Below, in pieces: positions 42,201 to 51,439 of a stretch of DNA of 64,000 nt. Each line of letters begins with the position of its first letter. Position 1 is the stretch's first letter. The notes under the pieces were generated by a model. It saw only the letters and a list, made by a program, of their open reading frames with translations, ran no database searches and was not told the DNA's origin. Position numbers and translations under genes: made by a program. This DNA comes from an uncultured Alphaproteobacteria bacterium (GTDB lineage Bacteria > Pseudomonadota > Alphaproteobacteria > Rs-D84), in NCBI GenBank assembly GCA_947054455.1, contig CAMRWN010000003.1:30681-94680 (forward strand), given 5' to 3'.

Positions 42201-44968
42201 TGATATCCCACCAGATATCCGGCGTCGGAAACGCGCGCCGTTATTGTTGTTTGAACACCGCGTCCGCCGCCGCCTTCGAATCCATTGATATTCAGGCTAA
42301 GCAGGTATGTCCCGGACGGAATCGTTTGGTCGAATTTTACCGGCATTGTCGCCACGCCGTCTGCGCCGGTTCGGGCGTCTGGCAATTCCATGGTGAATGT
42401 CCGCGCATTTTGCATCGCGTTTTCAGCCATTCCCGCGCCGGATATGAAATTGCTGGAGAATATGTATCCCGGATATTTTTTGAATTTGAAATCCAGCGGG
42501 CGCAGTGTTGCGCGCGCGGTTATTTTATGATTGGATGCGGCCGTCCCGAACAAATTGCGCAGTGTCGCGTGCGCCGTGATATTGTCCGGTGATATCCATT
42601 TTTCGCCGTCGGCGCCGGAAATTGTTGCAGTCAGTTTCAGGGTGTCCGGCGTGAACTCTTCAACGCGGAACGATGCCTGACCCAGCGTGTCCTGGGGTTT
42701 GTTCTTGGCGTTTAGCGAATACAGATACGCATAGTATTCGCCGATTGGCGCATCCGCACCGATTTGTATGCGCGCGTCGAACATTCCGTCCGATTCCAGC
42801 GAAAACATTTCTTCGTGTATCGTGCGGCCGCGGGAATCTTGTATCTCCAGTTTGACGGGAACACCGGCCAGCGGTTTAAATGACTTGTTTTTCACAATGC
42901 CCGCGATTACTGCGTTTTCGCCCGGGCGGTATACGCCGCGGTCTGTGAAAACAAACGCGTTCATTGGTGCCGTGGCGGAAGAATATATTCCGTCGATGTC
43001 AAATTTTGAATATTCAACATTTATGTCGTATGCGCCGCTATACGGGATAAAGGACACATCCGCGCCGCGGCGTGCCACAATGGCCACCGGTTCTTTTGCG
43101 TTTTTATATTCGTTTCTGGCCAGTTTTGGCAAATCGACGCGTCCGTCCGAATTGGTGCGACCCGTCCATACTGCGTTTCCATTGCGCCCCAGAACAGAGA
43201 CGTCTATGTCAGCGGCCGGTGTTCCGTCCCCCAGATTTGATATAAACATCACTGACGTGCCGTCCAGGTTCAACTTTCTTATAATCCCCAGATTTGTCAG
43301 CAAAATCAAACGCTTGTCGCTGTATTGTGCCTGGTTGCTGGTGGGGCCGGTCTGGATGATAAAGATTCCCGTTTTGTCCGCGCCCGTGCGGTCCAGATAG
43401 TCGCCCAAATCCACTGATGCATAATTTGTCTTTTTCATGGACGGGTCGGCAAAAGATATTTTTTTCTGAAACACGACCGACATGTCGTCCGCGCCGAACG
43501 ACCATGATTTGAATTCCATATTTGAAGCGAAGACATTGTATGTCTGGGAAATCAGGTGGTTGATTTCAGATGATTTCACCTTGTACAGATTGACATACGC
43601 CGCATCCGCGCCGCCGCGTGCCATAATCCCCAGACGACGTTCCCCCGCCAGGGACAGTAATGCACCGCTGCCCGCGATTTTTACCGTCTTGTCCGGATAC
43701 GGCACCGACAGCACGATATCCGACGAATTTTTTGTTTTAAATCCGCCGCGTGATGGAATGCCGTCTTTGACCATTACATATATGTATCGCGGCGTGCGTT
43801 CGGAAACGTCGTATTCAAACGCATATTGATGCACGCCGGCGGGATTGACGAATTCAACCGGCGTTATTTTCAGCTTTTTTGATTTTTTCAGTACGGCATC
43901 TGTTATTTCGTCCATGGACCAGCGGTGGAATTTGCCGTCTTCGTTTTCGCCCGTATACCGCGGCAGCAAGTATACATCAATGTAATCAGACCATTTCAGG
44001 CCGCCGGTTGCGGCGGCCGTCATATTGACCAGTACCAATTGCCGCGCATTTGCGTTCGCATCGTCTGCGGCGGTCGTGGTGATTGAAGACACCTTAAAGA
44101 AATTGTCCGCGGCCGCCAATGTCGTGGTTGCGGTCAGCTTTTTTGTTTCGCCATCACCGGCCGCGGCCGCGATTGCATTCAGTTTCAGGCGCATTGTCTG
44201 GGGCGCGTCCCGTACGTCGACGGGGGCCGACGTGATGAACGCTGTGCGATGAAAACGGTCCAGTTTGACACTGAATTTCAGTTTTTCCCCGTCCAGTTTC
44301 ATTGAAACGCGGTCGGCAAAATTTTCCGGGTCTATTGGATAGTTGAACGATACAATCGCCATTCCAACCATTTTTCTGGGGGCGGACGCGTCCGGATAAA
44401 TGTCAAAGCTGTCGATTTTTGCAATAATGTCCGGCGTTTTGAATGACACGGTATAAGAATCTGGCCGTACATCCCGGTTTATAATCTTTTTCGATATTTT
44501 TACGGTGAATTTTGTATCGGCGGGCCAGTCGTATTCCGGTGTAAAGACCAGTGAATTTGCCCCCGTAATCTTCCATTCCCCGTGAATTTGCGGAATGATT
44601 TTTACTGCATTGTTGATTTCCGCCGTCGTGGCGTTCATTCGAAACGCAGGGGCGTAATTGCCGGATTTTAAATCATATGATACAACTAACGGTTGAATTC
44701 TGTTCAATGTTCGATTGTTGTTTGGGCTTGGGATGGTATCCGATGCGACAAAATTGACAACGGTGTTGTCGGAAAATGTTTGCGCGGCGGGCTGTGATGC
44801 AACCAACGTCATAACTGTCTTCGGGGTGGAATTATTCGTTCGCATCCACAGAAAAACACCGGCGGTCAATATAACGGCGGCGGCCACGATGGCGCCCACT
44901 ATAATTCGCCAATTTCCGCGCTTTGGGTTGCGTTTTGTCGAAATGCGCCGCTGTTTTGCGTCTTTCAT
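39218..44968 (-). CDS. Bacterial alpha-2-macroglobulin (thioester-containing, 1916 aa), N-terminally membrane-anchored
   Basis: Size and MG-domain-like beta-rich repeats fit A2M. The thioester motif YDYPCTEQLVS is present. The N-terminal TM segment is IIVGAIVAAAVILTAGVFLW. It shows the classic pairing with pbpC. Confidence 0.88.
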   Translation of the reverse strand: MKDAKQRRISTKRNPKRGNWRIIVGAIVAAAVILTAGVFLWMRTNNSTPKTVMTLVASQPAAQTFSDNTVVNFVASDTIPSPNNNRTLNRIQPLVVSYDLKSGNYAPAFRMNATTAEINNAVKIIPQIHGEWKITGANSLVFTPEYDWPADTKFTVKISKKIINRDVRPDSYTVSFKTPDIIAKIDSFDIYPDASAPRKMVGMAIVSFNYPIDPENFADRVSMKLDGEKLKFSVKLDRFHRTAFITSAPVDVRDAPQTMRLKLNAIAAAAGDGETKKLTATTTLAAADNFFKVSSITTTAADDANANARQLVLVNMTAAATGGLKWSDYIDVYLLPRYTGENEDGKFHRWSMDEITDAVLKKSKKLKITPVEFVNPAGVHQYAFEYDVSERTPRYIYVMVKDGIPSRGGFKTKNSSDIVLSVPYPDKTVKIAGSGALLSLAGERRLGIMARGGADAAYVNLYKVKSSEINHLISQTYNVFASNMEFKSWSFGADDMSVVFQKKISFADPSMKKTNYASVDLGDYLDRTGADKTGIFIIQTGPTSNQAQYSDKRLILLTNLGIIRKLNLDGTSVMFISNLGDGTPAADIDVSVLGRNGNAVWTGRTNSDGRVDLPKLARNEYKNAKEPVAIVARRGADVSFIPYSGAYDINVEYSKFDIDGIYSSATAPMNAFVFTDRGVYRPGENAVIAGIVKNKSFKPLAGVPVKLEIQDSRGRTIHEEMFSLESDGMFDARIQIGADAPIGEYYAYLYSLNAKNKPQDTLGQASFRVEEFTPDTLKLTATISGADGEKWISPDNITAHATLRNLFGTAASNHKITARATLRPLDFKFKKYPGYIFSSNFISGAGMAENAMQNARTFTMELPDARTGADGVATMPVKFDQTIPSGTYLLSLNINGFEGGGGRGVQTTITARVSDAGYLVGYHANSALSYVARGAARSIDFIALSQTGEPTAATGLSLRLVKREKLTSLVKDYNDYYKYQTVSRDKIISQTPFDIKPGGATVELDTRDGGTYFLQVLDASEKILASAEYFVAADGNAALQTDTRAEMQITLNAAEYAPGADIAVSISAPYSGTGLITIERDKVYAYKWFRTNAASSVQHIKVPAGFEGTGYVNVSFVRDINSLDVFTTPYAYAVAPFRADIGPRTIDVSLTAPEIARGDRMTVQYKTNKNARLMIFAVDAGILQVAKYKIPNPLGHFFQKSALQVETFQILSLLLPEYKILREFAKTGGGDYENGAMDGGAPLTNPFARKTNMPVAFYSGIINTNAGQIGEISFDIPEYFNGALRIFAVAANDSAMGATNTETLVQRPVIISVAAPLAVAPNDTFDVGASITNMTPDSENARAVIAATTDGRLKIVGDAGTEMEIPENTEKLWTTGVRADDAPGNAEITLQVALKNASGTELAARSATATMSIRPITAFETKIKTGLMTSKSLKIKDFRADLYPAFASRRIFVSNNAAALIKPMFEYLAHYDYPCTEQLVSRMTPYVLAPADEILGTTFDESAKKIADVLAKLKNRQNSDGSFELWASRNTTRNNESNANAAYITAYVAQFMSMARDAGFAVPDVMNSRAVDFLRTYVGTKINDDADARAHAFAIYVITRNGYITTGYIDQFEEYASKNLKNWESGIMGAYIAASYKMLKQNDRAEHLIAKYRPTADNRFEYVSMFDNNVANDAIYAYLRTHYFNAVDPARMTRVMEYINDGDYTSFTSAAVIMGLAGGTGNNDAGVSVLADGAEIPGGLISDAFVADIPDDATTLEIKCEKCNTDKGVFYTVIQQGFPRRAVEASNGIEITREYYDRDGRRITGAEIGDAITVKIFARSLRADNIASVVITDLLPGGFEAEDVSGNMDFHEIREDRVLVYTDLDRRGTTITYTARPTVAGRFHVPPVRAASMYNPQINATGPVNAEFTVSNETAD

Positions 44969-45146
44969 GGAATTCCCCCTTTGTCTTTCATGGATATCTT
45001 AGTTTTTATTATCGCCAAAGACAAGGACTTTGTTTTCCCGATATTTCCGTCGGAAATTAAAAATATGTATTTTAAAATGAACCGGTCCGGGGGTCGTTGT
45101 TGGAGATAAAGAGCATGTATTTCGCCACGACAAAAAGGAGTAATTT

Positions 45147-45767
45147 GTGATATATGGCTACATCCGTGTCTCTACAGACCATCAGACAACCGAAAATCAG
45201 CGGTTTGAAATACAAAAATTTTGTGAAAAACAGGATTTGGTCATTGACTGCTGGATAGAAGAGACGATTTCCGCCACCAAGGATTTAAATAAACGCAAAC
45301 TGGGCCGTCTGATAAAGCGCATTCAGCGCGACGATATGATAATTGCGTCGGAATTGTCGCGTCTGGGGCGCAATTTACTGCAGATTATGAGCATTTTGCA
45401 TCATTGCATGGATGTGGGGGCGAAAATCTGGACAATCAAGGACAATTATAGACTGGGGTCCGATATAACAAGCAAAGTTTTGGCGTTCGCATTCGGATTA
45501 TCTGCCGAGATTGAGCGCAATTTGATTTCCCAGCGCACCAAAGAGGCGCTGGCGCGGGTAAAGTCCGAAGGAAAACACATCGGCCGTCCCCACGGCAGCT
45601 GTAATATGTGCAAGCTGCAGGGGCGCGAACGCTATATATCCCAAAAGCTGGGCAGCGGCAGCAGCAAATATGAAATCGCGCGACGACTGCGCGTGCATCG
45701 CGACACGCTGAGTCGTTTTATAGAAATGAAAGGAATTTTGCCCGTCGATTCCGACCCGTGCCGCTAG
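45147..45767 (+). CDS. Small serine recombinase (resolvase/invertase family)
   Basis: GTG start after aaggag. The catalytic motif is YGYIRVSTDHQ, followed by a resolvase core and a C-terminal HTH (SKYEIARRLRVHRDTLSRFIE). Confidence 0.85.
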   Translation: MIYGYIRVSTDHQTTENQRFEIQKFCEKQDLVIDCWIEETISATKDLNKRKLGRLIKRIQRDDMIIASELSRLGRNLLQIMSILHHCMDVGAKIWTIKDNYRLGSDITSKVLAFAFGLSAEIERNLISQRTKEALARVKSEGKHIGRPHGSCNMCKLQGRERYISQKLGSGSSKYEIARRLRVHRDTLSRFIEMKGILPVDSDPCR

Positions 45768-47578
45768 AATCTGATGTTTGTCTTGGCAATTATATACACT
45801 TCGTCGGTACCGTATGGATTATCGACAAATCCGGCGGTTATGTTTTTATAGCGCATTGTGTATTCCATTGCCGGCGCTGACGCCAGGTCAATCGTGTAAT
45901 CGTTGAACATGATTGCGCCGTCGGCCGCGCGCCCCGCCGGCAGACGCAGGCGCATGTCGCCACCAACGATTGTATCGGGCGCGCTCAGCGTGAATTCCCA
46001 GTCGCCGCGGCGCACGCCGACCTGTGCGGTCATGGTGTATATGTTGGAAAATTCGCTAATCATTGATTCGGGGGCGGGGCGGGGTGCGGACATGCCGATT
46101 TGCGTGCGCTGGAAAAATTCTGTTTCGCCGACCGAAAAACTGCCTGTTGATGCGACGAATGTGGTCATATTTTTTCCGTCGGTTTTCAAAAATCCGTCGG
46201 ATGACAGAAAATCGCTGCGTGAAAATCCCATTTCCATGTTTCCGGCGCGTACCGTCATGCGGGAATCGCCGCGCAGTCTGTCAAACGCCAGCCCGCGGTT
46301 GCGAACCGATATATTGTCGCGTATGTCCGCCGCAAATGCGCGGCCGAAACTGTCAAAGTATGCGAACTTTAAATCCGCGGATTGAATTTTTTTTGCGATT
46401 GTTCCCGGAACGTGCGCGGTGCGCAGCGGGTGCATCATGTTGTCGGAAACCGGCACCAGCGGGGCGCCGACAGGGCGCGTCGCGCGTTCCAGGTCCAGCA
46501 TTCCCCAACCGTATATCTCGTCAACCCCAGGTTCGCCCAAATCGCGGGCGGTTGTAAACAACAGGTTGGTTATTTCCGGCGCGGTCATATATGGAAAGGC
46601 TTCGCGCAGAACCGCGACGGCGGCGGAAACCACCGGTGCCGCGAATGATGTGCCGTTGGCGTTCATGCTGCCGGTATCCAAATCGGTTCCCGGGGCGGTT
46701 ATGCAATAATCCTTGGTTATGCCGCACGCATTGCTGAAATCGGCCAGGGCGCCTGTGGCGCTGTCCCATGCCACAACATTTATGAAATGTCCCTGCAGTT
46801 CGGACATGACGCGCGGCAGTGCGGACAGCGCGCCGCTCTGTGCGGCGCCGTCGTTTCCGGCGGCCCATACAAATATTGCGCCGCGCGTGGCTGCGTCGGA
46901 TACGGCCTGGACGAATCCTTGGTCGGTCAGTGCGGCAATCTGTTCGCGCGAATATATGCTGTCGGCGGGTCTGCCGGCATTCCAGCTGTTATTTATTATG
47001 TCGGCGTTTTGTGCCTGGGACATTATTTCGCCGATTTTTGCATAAGACATAAAATCGACAGTATTGTATGCGATTTTGTATGTTTCAATTTTTGCGTCCG
47101 GCGCAATGGGGCCGCCCGCAATCGCCGCGACCGCGCGTCCGTGCCAGTGGTCGTCGCCGGTATCCATGACGGCGATGGTGGAACCGGCGCCTGTATATCC
47201 GCGCGCCGTCGCATATGCCAGGCGTATGTCGTTGTATTGGTTAAAATTTTGACGGTATTGGCCGTCGGACATAACCGCCGCCAGACGCGCGGCGTCAACG
47301 TCGCCGCCCACGTGCGTGTATGTCGGCAGGGTCGGCATATATGTGCTGGTCGTGGCGGAAGACGCGCCGCCCGAACCGCCGGCCAGTCCCGCCAACGCCA
47401 GTGCGCCGCCCAGTATCACGGCGCCGCCGCCCGCGGCCAGCATTCCCGTGCCGGCAAAATTCATGCACTGGGTCGGATGATTTTTCTTGTATGTGGGATT
47501 GGTGCAGTTGATGTTTGCCGCCGAACACGGCGTTGCAAAACATAATGTGTAAACCAACAGGCTGCGTATCATCTTCAT
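45764..47578 (-). CDS. Subtilisin-like (S8) serine protease autotransporter
   Basis: A signal peptide is present. The catalytic triad contexts are IAVMDTGDD, HGRAVAAIAGG and GTSFAAPVVSAA. The C-terminal ~250-aa beta-barrel ends ...IIAKTNIRF. Confidence 0.85.
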   Translation of the reverse strand: MKMIRSLLVYTLCFATPCSAANINCTNPTYKKNHPTQCMNFAGTGMLAAGGGAVILGGALALAGLAGGSGGASSATTSTYMPTLPTYTHVGGDVDAARLAAVMSDGQYRQNFNQYNDIRLAYATARGYTGAGSTIAVMDTGDDHWHGRAVAAIAGGPIAPDAKIETYKIAYNTVDFMSYAKIGEIMSQAQNADIINNSWNAGRPADSIYSREQIAALTDQGFVQAVSDAATRGAIFVWAAGNDGAAQSGALSALPRVMSELQGHFINVVAWDSATGALADFSNACGITKDYCITAPGTDLDTGSMNANGTSFAAPVVSAAVAVLREAFPYMTAPEITNLLFTTARDLGEPGVDEIYGWGMLDLERATRPVGAPLVPVSDNMMHPLRTAHVPGTIAKKIQSADLKFAYFDSFGRAFAADIRDNISVRNRGLAFDRLRGDSRMTVRAGNMEMGFSRSDFLSSDGFLKTDGKNMTTFVASTGSFSVGETEFFQRTQIGMSAPRPAPESMISEFSNIYTMTAQVGVRRGDWEFTLSAPDTIVGGDMRLRLPAGRAADGAIMFNDYTIDLASAPAMEYTMRYKNITAGFVDNPYGTDEVYIIAKTNIRF

Positions 47579-47803
47579 ACTATTATATATAGTACGAAAA
47601 TTCGCTTTGTCAATAGGTAGGGTAAAGTTTTTGTCAATTTTATATAATGTATACTTTGTACTTGATTTTTTTCGTGTGGTGCTATATTATGGCGGTACGC
47701 GCCAAGCGCGAAGAACACAACCGTTATGCAAGATTTCTGTCCAAAAAATATTTTTTGGTCTGTGGCATACGGCGAGGATAATAACAGAAAAAAGGATAAA
47801 AAA

Positions 47804-48655
47804 ATGGCATTGCCGACATTTACTATGAAACAGTTGATGGAAGCTGGCGTTCATTTTGGACACCACACACGTCGCTGGAACCCGCTGATGACCCCGTATG
47901 TTTATGGCGTCAAGGACAAGATTCACATCATCAACCTGAACAAAACCGCGCCGTTGTTGCATCGTGCGTTGGTTGCGTTGGAAGCGATTACAGCCGCCGG
48001 CGGCAAAGTATTGTTTGTCGCGACCAAACATCAGGCCAAAGATATTGTCAAGGATGCAGCGGAACGTTGCGGCCAGTTCTATGTGAACAATCGCTGGCTG
48101 GGCGGCATGATGACAAACTGGACCACGGTTTCGCAGTCCATTCGTCGTCTGAAGAAAATGGAAGCCGATATTGAAAATGCTGAAAAACTGGGACTGACAA
48201 AGAAAGAAGTCGGCGTCATGACCAAGGAAGTTGAAAAACTGCGCGGTATTTTCGGTGGTATTTTGGAAATGCACGGCACGCCCCAGGCGATGGTCGTAAT
48301 TGATGTGCCGCGTGAAATCAACGCAGTGCGCGAAGCAAAAACACTGGATATCCCGACAATCGCGATTTGCGACACGAATGCAAATCCGGAAATGGTTGAC
48401 TATCCGGTTCCGGGAAATGACGACGCGGCGCGTGCGACACAGCTGTACTGTGATTTGTTCGTGGATGCGATTCTGTCCGGTATTGAAAAGCGTCTGGGCG
48501 GTGCGGCCGGTAAAAAGGTCGAATCCGACATGAAGGCGGCAGCGGCGGACGAATTCGAAGACGACATCAAGGAAAAAGAAGCGCGTCTGAAATCCAAAAC
48601 GTCCGAAGCGCGTGCAGAACGTCGCGGCAAACTGGCGGAAAAGGCCGATAAATAA
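47804..48655 (+). CDS. rpsB: 30S ribosomal protein S2 with a charged C-terminal tail
   Basis: MALPTFTMKQLMEAGVHFGHHTRRWNP matches S2. The track ORF start (47726) is a spurious extension. Confidence 0.93.
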   Translation: MALPTFTMKQLMEAGVHFGHHTRRWNPLMTPYVYGVKDKIHIINLNKTAPLLHRALVALEAITAAGGKVLFVATKHQAKDIVKDAAERCGQFYVNNRWLGGMMTNWTTVSQSIRRLKKMEADIENAEKLGLTKKEVGVMTKEVEKLRGIFGGILEMHGTPQAMVVIDVPREINAVREAKTLDIPTIAICDTNANPEMVDYPVPGNDDAARATQLYCDLFVDAILSGIEKRLGGAAGKKVESDMKAAAADEFEDDIKEKEARLKSKTSEARAERRGKLAEKADK

Positions 48656-48782
48656 TAATTTGCATCGCGGGTCGCCCGCATGAAAGTTATCATAAAATGC
48701 GGTGATGCGCGCGGACGAAACCTGATTTCGGTCGCGCGCGCAACGCAATTAAACAACAATTAAAATTATGGGAGAAAACACA

Positions 48783-49652
48783 ATGGCAGAAATAACAGCA
48801 AAAATGATTCAGCAGCTGCGCGAAAAAACATCCGCGGGTATGATGGATTGCAAGAAAGCCCTGAACGAAGCCAATGGCGATATAGAGGCTGCTGCCGATT
48901 GGTTGCGCCAAAAGGGTATTGTAAAGGCCGCGTCCAAGGCGGGTCGTGTTGCGGCATCCGGTCTGGTCAGCGTTGTAAAATGCGACGGCATGGGCTGCGT
49001 TGTTGAATTGAATGCGGAAACGGACTTTGTTGCCAAAAATGACAAGTTCCAGAAACTGGTTTCTGATGTTGTCGCCAAGGCGGCGGAAATGAAGGGCGAT
49101 TTCGACGCCACATTGGCGGCGGTAAAAGACGATATCGCGGCGACTATTTCCACAATCGGCGAAAATATGAATCTGCGTCGTATCGCCAAGGTCGAAGGCG
49201 ACCATATTTATACATATATTCACAATGCCTTGGTTCCGGGTATGGGCCAGATAGGTGTTGTTGTTGCGATTAACGGCGCGTCTGACAAAATCGATGAAAT
49301 CGGTTCCAAAATCGCCATGCACATCGCTGCCAACAAACCTGAATTCATGACAATCGACGACGTTGATGCGGCGGCGGTTGAACGTGAAAAGAAAGTGTTT
49401 GTTGAATCGGGCGTAACGGCGGGCAAGCCGGAAATGGTTGTTGAAAAAATGATTCAGGGCCGTATCAGCAAGTACTATGCTGAATCTGTTCTGGAAGAAC
49501 AGCCGTTCGTTATGGATCCGTCCAAGACCGTAAAGCAGGTTATTGAAGAAGCTGGCGGCAAACTGGCCGGGTTTGCGTACTTTGTTCTGGGTGAAGGCAT
49601 TGAAAAAGCCGAAGACAACCTGGCGGACGAAGTTGCAAAAATGCTGTCTTAA
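48783..49652 (+). CDS. tsf: Elongation factor Ts
   Basis: MAEITAKMIQQLREKTSAGMMDCKKALNEANGDIEAAADWLRQKG matches EF-Ts. Confidence 0.93.
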   Translation: MAEITAKMIQQLREKTSAGMMDCKKALNEANGDIEAAADWLRQKGIVKAASKAGRVAASGLVSVVKCDGMGCVVELNAETDFVAKNDKFQKLVSDVVAKAAEMKGDFDATLAAVKDDIAATISTIGENMNLRRIAKVEGDHIYTYIHNALVPGMGQIGVVVAINGASDKIDEIGSKIAMHIAANKPEFMTIDDVDAAAVEREKKVFVESGVTAGKPEMVVEKMIQGRISKYYAESVLEEQPFVMDPSKTVKQVIEEAGGKLAGFAYFVLGEGIEKAEDNLADEVAKMLS

Positions 49653-49675
49653 TTCATATTGGCGCATTATTAAAA

Positions 49676-49698
49676 ATCCGGCGGACGCCGGATTTTTT
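49676..49698 (+). terminator. Intrinsic terminator after tsf
   Basis: atccggcg-gac-gccggat hairpin followed by a T6 run. Confidence 0.8.
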
Positions 49699-49746
49699 AT
49701 TGAAATCTCATCACAGTTTGCTAATGTTTCAAAAAAGGTTTTATAA

Positions 49747-50133
49747 ATGCAAAAATATCGTGTTTCTGAAATAGTTGATTACCAGACCTACAGACATGTT
49801 GTCATGAACGGTCGCAGCGGTGTTATGAATGTTTGCATTGAACGGCAATTGGCGGGTTCCCTGCGGCCGGGCGACCAATTCAGGATAATTTATAATAAGG
49901 AAGGCGCGCACATGGCTTATGTCTTTAATTCGTCATTGGTGTTGCCGATGGAACCGTCCAGCGATGCCCAGGTGGAATCGTTCATGCGCGACATCGGCGC
50001 GCGTGGTCGTGCCGTTTGCCGGATTGCGTTGGCACGCGCACTGATGGCGCGGGGAATATTCCCTTCGTTGTCCGCGGCAAATAATCTGCGAATGCTGCTG
50101 TATCAACCGACCGGCCGTGTTCATACGCACTAG
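49747..50133 (+). CDS. Hypothetical protein (128 aa)
   Basis: An ORF in an otherwise empty interval, with a weak SD. I see no recognisable motif. Confidence 0.35.
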   Translation: MQKYRVSEIVDYQTYRHVVMNGRSGVMNVCIERQLAGSLRPGDQFRIIYNKEGAHMAYVFNSSLVLPMEPSSDAQVESFMRDIGARGRAVCRIALARALMARGIFPSLSAANNLRMLLYQPTGRVHTH

Positions 50134-50215
50134 GGATAGGGGCCAAATTATTTTATAATTTTTATTGGTTTTGCACGCTAAGTTTGCTAACATTCAATGC
50201 GATAAGGAAAATATA

Positions 50216-51439
50216 ATGCAGAACGAATTATTACAGGAATTGTCCGCGCGCGGATTTATAAACCAAACATCCAATATGGACGCCCTTAACGACGCATTGA
50301 ATGCGGGGCCGATTACCGCATATTTGGGATCCGATCCGACGGCGGATTCTTTGCATGTGGGTCATTTGGTGCCGGTGATGATGATGCGTTGGCTGCAGAA
50401 ATACGGTCATCGTCCGCTGATGCTGGTTGGTGGGGCGACGGGACGTATCGGCGACCCGTCTGGGCGTGATACCGGCCGCCCAATGATGAGCGAGGAAACC
50501 TTGGCCCACAATATTGCCGGGCTGAAAAAATCATATTCCAAATTTATTAAATTCGGCGACGGGCCGGCCGATGCGCTGATTGTTGACAATTATGACTGGA
50601 TGCGCGGGTACAGCCATCTGGATTTCCTGCGTGATTTCGGAACTGATTTCACCGTGCCGCGCATGTTGAGTATGGAAAGCGTAAAGCGTCGGTTGGACAA
50701 TGGAATGACATTCCTGGAATTTAATTATATGACGTTTCAGGCGGTGGATTTCTTGACATTGTATAAAAAATACGGCTGCATTTTGCAGACGTGCGGTGCC
50801 GACCAGTGGGGCAACGCCATCATGGGAATTGAACTTATCCGCAAGAAATTGGGCAAAGAGGCGTTTGTTCTGTCAACGTCCCTGATTACGGACAGCGCGG
50901 GCAATAAAATCGGAAAGTCGGCCGGAAATGCAATCTGGATTAACGAAGATAAAACCAGTCCGTATGAATACTATCAGTATTTCCGCAACACGCCTGATGA
51001 TTTGGTGGAAAAATTCCTGAAGATATTTACCGAAATTCCGCTGACGGAAATTGCGCGTCTGGCTGCATTGCAGGGTGCCGAATTGAACGAGGCGAAAAAG
51101 ATTCTGGCCTTTGCGGCGACAGAAATCGCGCACGGAACCGCGGCGGCGCAGTCTGCGGCGGACGCGGCGGCGGCATTGTTCGGCGGCGGGGCGGCGGCGG
51201 CGGACAACGCGCCGACGACCGAAATCGATATGGACGCTGAAATGGGCGTGCTGGATTTCCTGTGCGGGGCCGGGTTGTTCCCGTCAAAGTCAGAGGCGCG
51301 CCGTATGGTCGAGCAGGGTGGCGTTCAAATCGACGGCAAAAAAATAACGGATGCGCGTGCGCAAATCGCACCCGCCGCAGAATTCATGGTGCAAAAGGGC
51401 AAGAAAACATTTCTGCGCGTGGTGGTGCGGAATAAATGA
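50216..51439 (+). CDS. tyrS: Tyrosine--tRNA ligase
   Basis: HIGH-type motif SLHVGHLV, KMSKS-type motif KIGKSAG, and a C-terminal S4 domain. The ATG at 50216 matches MQNELLQELSARGFINQ. Confidence 0.92.
   Translation: MQNELLQELSARGFINQTSNMDALNDALNAGPITAYLGSDPTADSLHVGHLVPVMMMRWLQKYGHRPLMLVGGATGRIGDPSGRDTGRPMMSEETLAHNIAGLKKSYSKFIKFGDGPADALIVDNYDWMRGYSHLDFLRDFGTDFTVPRMLSMESVKRRLDNGMTFLEFNYMTFQAVDFLTLYKKYGCILQTCGADQWGNAIMGIELIRKKLGKEAFVLSTSLITDSAGNKIGKSAGNAIWINEDKTSPYEYYQYFRNTPDDLVEKFLKIFTEIPLTEIARLAALQGAELNEAKKILAFAATEIAHGTAAAQSAADAAAALFGGGAAAADNAPTTEIDMDAEMGVLDFLCGAGLFPSKSEARRMVEQGGVQIDGKKITDARAQIAPAAEFMVQKGKKTFLRVVVRNK

Noticed and set aside
36856-44968. The alpha-2-macroglobulin plus PBP1C pair as a candidate novel system.
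   Set aside because: Co-occurrence of thioester A2M (YfhM-type) with pbpC is an established, widely distributed bacterial defence/repair module. Only the TM anchor (instead of a lipobox) and the large size are slightly unusual.
44965-44991. An 8-codon upstream mini-ORF (MKDKGGIP) whose TGA overlaps the ATG of the alpha-2-macroglobulin gene and which repeats its first codons (ATGAAAGAC).
   Set aside because: It has no SD of its own. The aaaggggga inside it is simply the SD of the main gene. It is most simply a chance short duplication.
47579-47803. Hairpins in the rpsB 5' leader (cgcgc-caa-gcgcg; ccaaaaaatattttttgg) as an S2 autoregulatory element.
   Set aside because: This is plausible by analogy with known rpsB leaders. 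However, I cannot show the conserved pseudoknot from a single sequence, and it is not distinctive enough to report as a finding.
47687-49667. Two very long minus-strand ORFs (47687-48748 and 48690-49667) opposite rpsB and tsf.
   Set aside because: They are antisense to unmistakable S2 and EF-Ts genes. Their translations are low-complexity (R/F/N-rich) with no motifs. These are shadow ORFs. The same reasoning applies to 8574-9548, 22186-22893, 55717-56607, 57790-58614, 4061-4834, 1502-2290, 14406-15101 and 18657-19424.
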